A stretch of 64,000 nt of DNA from Bacteriovoracia bacterium (GTDB taxonomy: Bacteria; Bdellovibrionota; UBA1018; CAIPTA01). The DNA lies in contig JBFWVL010000003.1 of NCBI GenBank assembly GCA_050246755.1, positions 96,001 to 160,000 of the forward strand. The letters are read 5' to 3'. The translations under genes and the position numbers were made by a program. How positions within the stretch are numbered: the first letter of the stretch is position 1; each line of letters starts with the position of its first letter. Of the stretch, positions 49,816 through 60,154 are shown in pieces. The notes beneath the pieces are model-generated. The model had not been told where the DNA came from. It did not search any database and saw only the letters and a program-made list of their open reading frames with translations.

Positions 49816-50657
49816 TGGGTCTGAAAGAGAAAGGAAAGATCGGCCGCTTTAACGGAGTGCGTGAGGGCACCGGCGCTCACGGCGTCGAGGCCGAGGCCGG
49901 CGTAGCTGCGCACGTTATCGAGCGTGATGCCGCCCGAGGCCTCGAGGTACACCTCCCGGCGATAGTCGCGGATCTTGGCCACGAGGGTGCGCGCGTCGGC
50001 GGGAGAAAAATTATCGAGGAGCAGGCGCTTCATTTCGCAATCGAGCGCCTCTTTGGCCTCTTCCCAGTTCGTAACCTCAACCTCTACCAGCGTGCCCGCG
50101 GGAATTTTCCCCTGCAGATTGGCGAGCGCGAGGCGGATCGAGCCCGAAGCACGGATATGGTTTTCTTTGAGGAGCACGGCTTCATCTAGGCGCTGGCGGT
50201 GGTTAGAGAGGCCGCCGTCTTTTACCGCCTTCTTTTCCCAATAACGGAGGCCGGGCGTGGTCTTACGCGTGTCGAGAATGCAAAGCTCGGCGCCGCCCAG
50301 AGCTTCCTTAAAGCGCCGCGCCTGAGTGGCGATTCCGCAGGTGCGCTGGAGGAAATTCAGGAGAGTACGTTCGGTGGTAAGGAGATCGCGCGCGCGGCCG
50401 GTGGCCTCGAAAATGGTGGCGCCTTTTTCCACGAAGGTACCATCGGCAAAATTAATTTTAAATTCCGCATCGGCACCGAACACTTCGAGAACGAGGGGCG
50501 CCAGCTCCATGCAGGAGAGCACGCAGGCTTCCTTGGCGATGAGGCGAGCGTGGGTGCGGGTATCGGGGGGTACGGCAAGGGCGGTAAGATCGCCGGTGCC
50601 GATGTCTTCATCGAGGGCTAGCTCAATGAGCTGGCGCGCGGCTGCAATAGGTTCCAT
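49812..50657 (-). CDS. nadC: Nicotinate-nucleotide diphosphorylase (carboxylating)
   Basis: ERTLLNFLQ, DTRKTTPGLR, LKENH, LLDN, EASGG and GALTHS motifs. Confidence 0.95.
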   Translation of the reverse strand: MEPIAAARQLIELALDEDIGTGDLTALAVPPDTRTHARLIAKEACVLSCMELAPLVLEVFGADAEFKINFADGTFVEKGATIFEATGRARDLLTTERTLLNFLQRTCGIATQARRFKEALGGAELCILDTRKTTPGLRYWEKKAVKDGGLSNHRQRLDEAVLLKENHIRASGSIRLALANLQGKIPAGTLVEVEVTNWEEAKEALDCEMKRLLLDNFSPADARTLVAKIRDYRREVYLEASGGITLDNVRSYAGLGLDAVSAGALTHSVKAADLSFLFQTQ

Positions 50658-50724
50658 GGCGGGCAATATAGAGCCAAAGGAAAGACACCGCAAGGGGCGG
50701 CTATGTAGCGAAAACTAGGCAGGT

Positions 50725-51543
50725 TTATATGGAGGCGGAGGAGGGATAAAGGATCCGGCGCATGGATTGCTCGCGCTCGTTCTTCTCCAGTTTGTTTGCG
50801 CAGGTCTCGAGGCGCCCGCGCGTGGAATCGGTGAGAACCTTATCGATATTTTTCGCCATCTCTTTAGAAGCGAAGAGCGATCCCGTAGTGATGGTATCAC
50901 ACACGAAGTTGATCACCGATTGCTCATTGCTGGGATTCAGACAACGGCCGAGATTCAGCATCATGTCGGGAACCATGGCGGTGTCCACTACGTTGGCCAT
51001 ATTGGCGGAGATAATTTCGCAGGTTTTGGCGCTCGGCGGTAGCATGAGAGCCATTTTCAGCCCGTTGGCTTGCACTTGCTCGTCGGGAACGGTCATTAAA
51101 TATTGGGCGGCTTCGAGGGCCTGGGCGGCTTGTTGAGGGCTGGACGCTTTGTGACTGAGGAACCAGTCGGTTTCGTCGAGGATACGATCGCGGATCGCGA
51201 AGAAGCGTGAGCTCGGATCGGTTTCGGGAAAAGTCTCGGCGCAATTTTTCGGATTGGAGGCGCAGGTTATCAGGGCGGCGATCGAATTCCAGTGGGCCTC
51301 GGCTTCCTGAGTATTGAGCGGAGCCAGGATGGAATCGTTGCGTAGCTGCCCGGCCGAAATATCGGAAGGATGGAAGCTCACGGTTTGAAAAAGTCCCTGC
51401 TTGGCCGGGATCACCGGCCGAGCAGGAGATTCTTGTTCGGACTCCACCGTTTCTTCCGATACCGGCAAAGCCGGCGATCGGAAGTAAGCGGCCGCTCCGA
51501 TGAGGAGCATTCCGAGGAAGAGCGCTAGGAGCTTAGATCTCAC
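50725..51543 (-). CDS. Exported or membrane-anchored helical hypothetical protein
   Basis: GTG 51543 overlaps the stop of the upstream gene (GTGA); N-terminal hydrophobic helix; several Cys. Confidence 0.65.
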   Translation of the reverse strand: MRSKLLALFLGMLLIGAAAYFRSPALPVSEETVESEQESPARPVIPAKQGLFQTVSFHPSDISAGQLRNDSILAPLNTQEAEAHWNSIAALITCASNPKNCAETFPETDPSSRFFAIRDRILDETDWFLSHKASSPQQAAQALEAAQYLMTVPDEQVQANGLKMALMLPPSAKTCEIISANMANVVDTAMVPDMMLNLGRCLNPSNEQSVINFVCDTITTGSLFASKEMAKNIDKVLTDSTRGRLETCANKLEKNEREQSMRRILYPSSASI

Positions 51544-52739
51544 AAGGTCCTCGTGTCTTCGGCAGTGGATACGCAGCTCGAACCACCGGTGTCGAAGATA
51601 CAAGCCATCTTCACGGGCGAAGGCATATTCACGATCGCGCCTTTATCGATGAGCTTGTTCCAAAGCTGGCCAGTATATTTTTGGTAGAAGCCAGTATCGT
51701 TACGGGCCCATTTGTCGTCGGGGTTCGTCCAGCGGCAACCAGCCCAGGAGCCGGCGTTGTATACCGCATAGGCCGAGCGGGCGCGCTGATCGAAGTTCTT
51801 CACGCAGCTAGCGCTCTTGGCTTTCTGCCAAGCCGAGTAGTACATGTCCATACCGTAGGCGAGGTTACCTTTTACGGTCCAGCCTTCGTACTTCATGAGC
51901 ATGTCTTTGTGCCAGCGGCCGTGGATTTGCATCATACCGAAGGAGAAATCCTGGTCACCTTTCATGATCTTCATATTTCCGTCTTTCGCGGAGATACGAT
52001 AGTGCGACCAAAAAGATTCTTGGTGCATGAGGGCCATTACGCCTTTGCGGAAAGCTTCTTTTTCGGCTTTCGAAACGTTGGGATTACGGCGGGTAATGTA
52101 TTCATCAGCGGCGTCGCGGGCAAAACGGTACATCGCGGTGGAGTAACGTTTCACTTCTTCGTTTTGGTTTTTCTTCTCGTTGAACACGAGAGAATCCATA
52201 TTCTCTAATACCTTGCTGGTATCCTCGTAAGAGCTGGCATCGCAACCGTAGGGAGCGCGGCCAAAAATATAGGTACCGTTCACTTTGTTTTTACAGAGCT
52301 CCACGATGAAAGGACGTTTTTTGAGGGAGTCGTTCTTCTTGGCGAGGGCAGCCTTCTCGGCGGCGGCTTTCGCGGCAGCGGCGGCTTTGGCCTTCGCTCT
52401 TTCCAGCTCCAGGGCAACGGCTACGTCGGCCTGGGCGGCTGGAGCAGGCATTACCACTGGCTTAGCCGCGATGGGCTTCGCCACGGCCACAGGGGCAGTG
52501 GCGGGCTTGGCGGCTGGTTTTGCGATGGCTGGTTTCGCGGCTACGGGCTTCGGTTTGGCCGCTTCCACTTTCGGCTTAGGTTTCGCCGCGGTGGCCACTT
52601 GCGTGGGTTTCGAGGACGAAAAAAGATCCGACCAGAAAGTGGGCGAATTAGTGTCGGGGGCGGACCAGGCGGGCATGGCGAGAATAGAGCTGAGGGTCAC
52701 GGTGGCCCAGAGCCATGGGTGCAGATTCAACGTTTTCAT
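51540..52739 (-). CDS. Secreted lytic transglycosylase (SLT-like) with an Ala/Lys/Pro-rich linker
   Basis: HQESF catalytic Glu, GMMQI and AYAVYNAG motifs; GGAGG RBS; signal peptide. Confidence 0.78.
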   Translation of the reverse strand: MKTLNLHPWLWATVTLSSILAMPAWSAPDTNSPTFWSDLFSSSKPTQVATAAKPKPKVEAAKPKPVAAKPAIAKPAAKPATAPVAVAKPIAAKPVVMPAPAAQADVAVALELERAKAKAAAAAKAAAEKAALAKKNDSLKKRPFIVELCKNKVNGTYIFGRAPYGCDASSYEDTSKVLENMDSLVFNEKKNQNEEVKRYSTAMYRFARDAADEYITRRNPNVSKAEKEAFRKGVMALMHQESFWSHYRISAKDGNMKIMKGDQDFSFGMMQIHGRWHKDMLMKYEGWTVKGNLAYGMDMYYSAWQKAKSASCVKNFDQRARSAYAVYNAGSWAGCRWTNPDDKWARNDTGFYQKYTGQLWNKLIDKGAIVNMPSPVKMACIFDTGGSSCVSTAEDTRTL

Positions 52740-52982
52740 AGTACCTCCAATGTTCCGTACTTAAGGCCACGATGGGAATAAGACCGGAACAATTGCTGGA
52801 GCGTTTATATCAGGTATTATGGGCGGAGTCCAGTTGATTTCCCCTATTCGCAAGTAATACTTTGATTTTATTAAACAATAAATCAACGGAACATTTGAAA
52901 TCACTAATATTAGCTATGCTTATATTCGATTTGGGCACAATTGAACTGTCCGAAATAGGAGCTTTCTCCTATCCTTAGACCC

Positions 52983-53828
52983 GTGAAAATCCAAAAAGCA
53001 TTGGTGGTGATCTACTGGAAACCGAGCCCGGAAAGCGCGGAAAAACGGGTTTTGCTCCTTCGCGTGCGAGACGATCGCGGCGGATTTTGGCAGCCCGTGA
53101 CGGGATCGATGGATCCGGGTGAGACCTACGCCGAAACCGCCCTGCGCGAAGCCGAGGAAGAGTCCGGTTTTCGCTTCGAACGCCAACCCCAGTACCTAGG
53201 CCTCGAATACGAATACCAAGGCCGCTGGGGACCCGCCGTGGAGCGAGCCTTCTTCCTGCCCATCTACGGCGGCGCCGAGCCGCCTACCCCCACCCTCGAT
53301 CCCAAGGAACACCAAGAATTCCGTTGGGTGAGCCCGGAAGAAGCGCTGAAGCTAGTTCAGTTTCCCAATAATCAGGAAGCCATCCGGCGCGTCACCTTCG
53401 CCCCGCCCCCGCTCTTTCTCACCAAAGGCGGTGTTCTTTTTCAGGAAGGCGAGGAAATCACCCACGAAAAAACGCGTGCCCTCTTCCTTCGCTCTATTAC
53501 GCGCACGCCGCAAGGGATCTATCTCGTAAAACTCGGGAACGAAGAGCTCGACCTCGTGGTGGAGGACACCCCCCAATTCGTACAGGCTTATGACCGCGAA
53601 AGCGGAATGCTGCGCCTACATGACGGCACCCAGGAAAAACTGAACCCGAACTCCCTGCAAGTGGGAGCCGATCAAAGCTTTCGCTGCACTTTGAAAAATG
53701 GTTGGGAGGCGCGTTTCCTCTCACCGGCCTACTACGAGATTACCAAGGACGTTACCGAAGACTCAGCCGGGAAAGGATACGTCCTTCACTTCCTCGGGAA
53801 GAGTTACCAGCTTCGCGTTCCGCACTAG
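52983..53828 (+). CDS. NUDIX hydrolase (NudB-like) fused to a DUF1285-like domain
   Basis: WQPVTGSMDPGETYAETALREAEEESG Nudix box; C-terminal GEEITH..LF.RSI...VVEDTP. Confidence 0.78.
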   Translation: MKIQKALVVIYWKPSPESAEKRVLLLRVRDDRGGFWQPVTGSMDPGETYAETALREAEEESGFRFERQPQYLGLEYEYQGRWGPAVERAFFLPIYGGAEPPTPTLDPKEHQEFRWVSPEEALKLVQFPNNQEAIRRVTFAPPPLFLTKGGVLFQEGEEITHEKTRALFLRSITRTPQGIYLVKLGNEELDLVVEDTPQFVQAYDRESGMLRLHDGTQEKLNPNSLQVGADQSFRCTLKNGWEARFLSPAYYEITKDVTEDSAGKGYVLHFLGKSYQLRVPH

Positions 53829-54503
53829 CGAGAACGAATAGATCGGCAGTTTCTGCCGCAGGAAGATTCTCTCGAAGGGCGTAGGCGGGATCAGCTTCCA
53901 TACCGCTTCGGCTCTTTCGGGATTCATCGCATCGAAACAAGCCGCTTCCTTGATCGACTCCGCGATATGCTCGGCGTACTCGGCGTGGTCGGTTTTGATC
54001 ATTAGCTCTTTGCCGGTATTAAGTAGAGTGCCGAGGATACGGAAAAAATCAGGCCTCAGCACGCGCCATTTCTGCTGGGGGGCCTTCGACCAGGGATCCG
54101 GAAACAGCACCCACACGCGATCCACTTCCCCGGGCGCGATCATCCAAGACAAGCGCGCGATATTTGCGCGGAGGAAGGTGAGGTTCGTGAGCTGCACGTC
54201 TTTGGCTTTTTTCCCGGCCTTGAAGCACTGCTTATACTTCCATTCCACGCCGAGGTGGGCATTATCGGGATTGGTTTTCGCCAAGTGAATAGAAGTTTCG
54301 CCGTGGTAGGCGCCGAGCTCGAGCTCGAGGAAAGCCGTTTCGGGCTTACCGAGGCGCGCACGCCATTTTCCCTTGAACTGCTCGGTATCTGCGTCGGCCA
54401 GCAAAGTAGCGGAAGCATCCGAAAATTCGCGTATTTTATCGAAATATGGATTCTTCGTGGGCCGGTATTCTTTGTAGTTGGAAGCTGGATACGCCTTTTT
54501 CAT
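53763..54503 (-). CDS. trmB: tRNA (guanine-N7)-methyltransferase
   Basis: LELGAYHGE, GVE, FPDPWSK, KTD..EY and TPFE motifs. Confidence 0.85.
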   Translation of the reverse strand: MKKAYPASNYKEYRPTKNPYFDKIREFSDASATLLADADTEQFKGKWRARLGKPETAFLELELGAYHGETSIHLAKTNPDNAHLGVEWKYKQCFKAGKKAKDVQLTNLTFLRANIARLSWMIAPGEVDRVWVLFPDPWSKAPQQKWRVLRPDFFRILGTLLNTGKELMIKTDHAEYAEHIAESIKEAACFDAMNPERAEAVWKLIPPTPFERIFLRQKLPIYSFSLVRNAKLVTLPEEVKDVSFPG

Positions 54504-54548
54504 CGAGCTAAGGACTACAGAAAAAGGAGGGAAATGGCAAGCTGCGGC

Positions 54549-54929
54549 TTAGCGCGAGCCCACGCAGCGAAGGGATTTCACCACTTCGGGATGCTCGGTT
54601 TTCGCGATCTCTAGTAGGCGAGGATTAATCTTGCCGTTGCTCTGCTTCTCGAGCGCCGCCATCTTTCCATCGTGCGCAAAGCGCTTCGTGAGCAAGTTCT
54701 CGGCGCGGCGGGAGCGAAAGCTGCCCGGAGGCTGGCTGAGGAACTCACAGATACGGGTGGCCCGCGACATCATTAGTCCCACCTGAACGTCGGGGCTTTC
54801 TTTTTGCTCGCTCGAGAGCAGGCTCAGAATCGGCCGCGCTTGGTAAAGAGGAAAGAGCACGTCGGTTTTCACCTCGCCCGCTTGCGCGGCGGCGGTGAGC
54901 AGGAAAAAGAAGATGGTGAATTTGGACAT
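54549..54929 (-). CDS. Small secreted hypothetical protein
   Basis: AGGAGG RBS; signal peptide ending AQA; two Cys. Confidence 0.65.
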   Translation of the reverse strand: MSKFTIFFFLLTAAAQAGEVKTDVLFPLYQARPILSLLSSEQKESPDVQVGLMMSRATRICEFLSQPPGSFRSRRAENLLTKRFAHDGKMAALEKQSNGKINPRLLEIAKTEHPEVVKSLRCVGSR

Positions 54930-55164
54930 AGGCGCCTCCTGGCCAAAGGAAAGTCTAGGTTAAGTATAACCCCAACGTGGGCATTCTCAACCCGGTGGCA
55001 GAAACGGCGCGAAGCGCCGTGATTTCGAAAGGTTAGATCCGCGGACCAGCTGGCTTCCACCCAGTTCGCGGTTTTCTACGGCCTATAAGTGCATCGAGAA
55101 GAGGCCGAGGAGCGATAAGCTTGTGGTGGCTCTCAAGCCATATTTTGGCCAAAAAATATAAGTT

Positions 55165-55596
55165 CTATTTGTGGCGCGAAGTGCTGCGCTGGCAAACCAA
55201 CTCGAGGAGACCGGCTTGGTTTCCGTCTGTGCGGTAGTACGCAAGCTCGAGTTTCACGGGATCGAGCGCGAGCTGACGGCGCGTAACTTCCGTGGACGCA
55301 GAACCAATCAAAGACTGTCCCTCGATGAGTCCCGTATCTAATTGCAGCATCAGCATACCCTGCTCCTCGGCTGCCACGAGGATCACTTTGTCCGTGCCGT
55401 TGGCGAGGGTCACTTCATTCCCGCCTTCGAAAATCGCGCACTTGTCGTCGTCGCTGCGGGACTGGGTGAGGGAAAGTTTGGTGAGTAGAGTTTTTGCTTC
55501 GTCGATCTGGGAGAGAGTGCAAACGATAGGACGGCAATCTTTGGCCTGGGCCGAGGCCGAAGCAAGGAATGCGAGCGCGAAAAGAAGCTTTTTCAT
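55165..55596 (-). CDS. Small secreted hypothetical protein with four Cys
   Basis: GGAG RBS; MKKLLFALAFLASASAQA signal peptide. Confidence 0.7.
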   Translation of the reverse strand: MKKLLFALAFLASASAQAKDCRPIVCTLSQIDEAKTLLTKLSLTQSRSDDDKCAIFEGGNEVTLANGTDKVILVAAEEQGMLMLQLDTGLIEGQSLIGSASTEVTRRQLALDPVKLELAYYRTDGNQAGLLELVCQRSTSRHK

Positions 55597-55632
55597 AGAC
55601 AAAGATCTCCAAAATCCAAAGAGCCAGGCCTG

Positions 55633-55661
55633 CTTATATCTATCTTGACTCAATGCGTCAA
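55633..55661 (-). promoter_or_regulatory. sigma70-type promoter with an overlapping TTGAC-N7-GTCAA palindrome
   Basis: TTGACG-17 nt-TATAAG; TTGAC-TCAATGC-GTCAA at 55645-55661. Confidence 0.6.
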
Positions 55662-55718
55662 TAATAATAAGTGGGATTTACGGAAATAAAACCGCGGCGC
55701 GGCAGTCTTTTTTTGGGC

Positions 55719-55756
55719 AAAAAAAAGCCAGCGGTTTCCCGCCGGCCTCTTTTTTT
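55719..55756 (-). terminator. groEL terminator
   Basis: GGCCGGCGG-GAAA-CCGCTGGCT followed by a T run on the minus strand. Confidence 0.85.
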
Positions 55757-55802
55757 GGATTTCGATTCGTCCCCCCGAAGGTGAATTGGGGGTCGAATGA
55801 AA

Positions 55803-57458
<1,656 letters not shown>

Positions 57459-57480
57459 TTAAAAATTCTTAGTGGAAAAA

Positions 57481-57768
57481 CTATTGAATGATACCGAGAA
57501 CTTCTTCTTCTTTGATGATGAGAAGTTCTTCGCCGTTGATTTTCACTTCATTGCCGGAATATTTTCCGAACAAAATCTTGTCGCCCTTTTTAACGGTAAG
57601 GGGAGTGAGCTTGCCTTCTTCGCTGATGCGGCCGTTGCCGGAAGCGATCACTTCGCCTTGGGCTGGTTTTTCTTTGGCCGAGTCGGGGATGATCAATCCA
57701 CCTTTGGTTTTTTCTTCTTCGTTAAAACGACGAACCAACAGACGATCATATAGAGGCGTAACGTTCAT
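57481..57768 (-). CDS. groES: Co-chaperonin GroES
   Basis: [18 protein letters not shown] and [11 protein letters not shown] motifs. Confidence 0.98.
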   Translation of the reverse strand: MNVTPLYDRLLVRRFNEEEKTKGGLIIPDSAKEKPAQGEVIASGNGRISEEGKLTPLTVKKGDKILFGKYSGNEVKINGEELLIIKEEEVLGIIQ

Positions 57769-57937
57769 GACTTCTCCTTCAAATGGGCCCGAAGGCCCGG
57801 ATTTATCTAAAACTTTTGCTACGGCAACACACGTTGCCGCGGAGCATTCTGCCCCTTGTGAAACTGGCTTAAGCGTAGGTGAGGTATACCCATACCTACT
57901 CTATAGGGCAAGCTCGCAGTGGCGGCAGGACAGGCGG

Positions 57938-57965
57938 AATGTAATTACGAAAAAAGACCTGTCAA
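57938..57965 (-). promoter_or_regulatory. sigma70-type promoter of groESL
   Basis: TTGACA-16 nt-TACATT. Confidence 0.55.
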
Positions 57966-57998
57966 CGAAGGGCCCCGAGATTTTTCTAAAATCCCGGA

Positions 57999-58466
57999 TC
58001 ACCCCTTAGGAACACCGGCAAGTAGCACCTGCCTGGCTGTATTTAGCTGTTCGGCACGCCGGCGGGCCTGGTCCACATAGCCTTTGCCAAGATGCGTAAC
58101 GCGGTCGGGATGGTAGCGCTTCATCCAGTGCTTAAAGGCCCGGTTCACTAAATCGGCATTGGGATTGGCCGGGATTCCCAGCACTTCGTGGGGCTTACCC
58201 CGAAAATTAGGCACCTTGAAGGCGGTCTGGGCGGGCTCAGGCTTGGGATCCTTAGGATCCGGGCGGTGCTCGAGCAGGATTTTTTTGTCCACCTTATCTT
58301 CGAACTCCGGAAGCCTGCCCTGCTTCTCGGCTTCTTTGCGCTCTTCCCAGAGGTCGTCGCGGAAATGGCTCTGGTTCCCGCGGCGGGCATAAAGAATGAG
58401 CAGAAAAACGGCCCCGGCCACCATTGCGGCCCCATTAAAAATCAAAAAGGCTTTAATCCTCTGCAT
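57999..58466 (-). CDS. Membrane-anchored J-domain protein
   Basis: N-terminal TM; HEVLGI...YHPDRV J-domain. Confidence 0.85.
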   Translation of the reverse strand: MQRIKAFLIFNGAAMVAGAVFLLILYARRGNQSHFRDDLWEERKEAEKQGRLPEFEDKVDKKILLEHRPDPKDPKPEPAQTAFKVPNFRGKPHEVLGIPANPNADLVNRAFKHWMKRYHPDRVTHLGKGYVDQARRRAEQLNTARQVLLAGVPKG

Positions 58467-58603
58467 GGCGAGAAGCTTATCCCGAACTTATGACCAATTC
58501 TAGGACGGAGGAAAGGCCGGATGCCGGACGCCCCGAGAACAATCTCCTGCCATATCCCAGGAATTAAAAAATCTTATAGGCACGAACTTGGCTTCCCGCG
58601 GGC

Positions 58604-60154
58604 ATGGATTCTACCGCCCTCGTGCAAGCGCTCCTGCTCGGCAAGCTCGAAGGCCTTGCTCCGGAAACGATTGCCCTATTCGCCCGCACGGGATTGATTC
58701 ATTTATTTTCGGCTTCCGGATTTCACATGGCGGTAGCCGTGCAGCTTGCCCGGCTTTGCACCCTAGGGCCAGAACGCTGGCTCAAGTTTCGCCGCGAGAT
58801 TTGCGTTCTATCCTTCGCGCTACAACTCGGCTTTATGGTTTTCTTCGGCTGCGCCACCGGATGGAGCTCCCCGATGGTAAGGGCTTTTACGTTCACCACT
58901 TTACTCAGCGCCGCGAAGCTTTTGGAAATTCGCCCGAGCCCTCACTGGGTATTTTTGCTTTCACTGCTGCTCTCCTCCCTACTCGGCAAAGGCTCCTTCC
59001 TTTCCTTTTTGCTCTCGGCTTGCGGGATGGCGGGCATTCTCTATATCCAGCCGCGAAAATTCTGGGCCATCACGCTCGGGCCTTGGCTTTTTACCCTGCC
59101 GATCATCATTTGGGTATTCGGTCTGTTTTCCCTCGCGGCCCCCCTCTGGAATCTTACGATCGGCAGCTTGATCGCATGGTTGGTGATGCCGCCCGCGGTT
59201 TTGCATTTGATTTCCGTGAGCATCGGCCTGCCAGATCCATTTTTGCCGCTGGCCGCCTGGCTCATGAATCTCTTTACGGGATGGCTAGAGCTCGGAGATC
59301 AAATCGTGGGTGGAGTATTTTGGGTGCCACGAATACCGTGGCTGTTTTCGTTGGTCGCTCTTTACGGCATCACCTATTTCGCAAAGAAAAAACGTGCGCT
59401 CTATTTGGGCGCAGCCGCCCCCCTACTATTTCTCTTCTGCCCCCTCCCCCGCTTCGCGGTGCTCGACGTGGGCCAGGGCGACAGCATCTTCCTACGCACC
59501 CGCGCCGGAGAAAAAATCGTGATGGATTTAGGGCCTCCTGGATATCGAGGAAGGGAAGCGCCGGCAAGCTCCGGTCTGGGAAGAATCGGCATTGGCGCCG
59601 TGGACAAAATACTTCTTTCCCACTTCGACCTCGACCACCGAGGCGGCCTCGACTCTTTCTTACGCTTCCATAAAGTGAGCGACAGCCTTTGGTTTCGGGA
59701 GGAAGCACTGGGGCAAAAGGCAGCCCTCAAAGTATTGGCCGCCGCCGAGCGCGCGAATGTGCCCATCCGCTTTCTTTCTTTTTCTTCCCAGCCCGATTCT
59801 TTCCAGTGCTTCTTTCCGCCCGCGAAAACTTCGAACGACCTCTCGCCCCTATGCGCCGTGGACCTTCCCCGCGGAGAAAGCATTTGGCTCACGGGAGACA
59901 TGAGCGAAAGATCCGAGCGCTGGTTGCTGAGTAACTACGAAGAACTGCCGAAAGCGGATTTTCTGAAAGTGGCTCACCACGGAAGCCGCACGAGCTCCTC
60001 CGCCGAATTTCTCGCGGCGAGCGGCGCAAAGGTTGCACTGATCAGCGTGGGCGCCAAGAATCGCTACGGACATCCTACGCGGGAAGTATTGGAACGGCTG
60101 AATGATTGGAAGGTGAGAAGAACGGATCAGGAAGGAAGCTTGGTGTTTTACTAG
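58604..60154 (+). CDS. comEC: ComEC/Rec2 competence protein (Competence and MBL domains; short N-terminus)
   Basis: GLIHLFSASGFH, DVGQGD, SHFDLDH.GG, KVAHHGS, NRYGHP and RTDQEG motifs. Confidence 0.88.
   Translation: MDSTALVQALLLGKLEGLAPETIALFARTGLIHLFSASGFHMAVAVQLARLCTLGPERWLKFRREICVLSFALQLGFMVFFGCATGWSSPMVRAFTFTTLLSAAKLLEIRPSPHWVFLLSLLLSSLLGKGSFLSFLLSACGMAGILYIQPRKFWAITLGPWLFTLPIIIWVFGLFSLAAPLWNLTIGSLIAWLVMPPAVLHLISVSIGLPDPFLPLAAWLMNLFTGWLELGDQIVGGVFWVPRIPWLFSLVALYGITYFAKKKRALYLGAAAPLLFLFCPLPRFAVLDVGQGDSIFLRTRAGEKIVMDLGPPGYRGREAPASSGLGRIGIGAVDKILLSHFDLDHRGGLDSFLRFHKVSDSLWFREEALGQKAALKVLAAAERANVPIRFLSFSSQPDSFQCFFPPAKTSNDLSPLCAVDLPRGESIWLTGDMSERSERWLLSNYEELPKADFLKVAHHGSRTSSSAEFLAASGAKVALISVGAKNRYGHPTREVLERLNDWKVRRTDQEGSLVFY

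Noticed and set aside
52340-52600. Repetitive GGCTT/GCGGC-rich DNA as a tandem repeat or CRISPR
   Set aside because: It encodes the Ala/Lys/Pro linker; no repeat-spacer periodicity or cas genes were seen anywhere in the window.
58588-59673. 361-aa alternative-frame ORF over comEC
   Set aside because: Arg/Pro-rich with no motifs, and fully overlapping the motif-bearing comEC frame.
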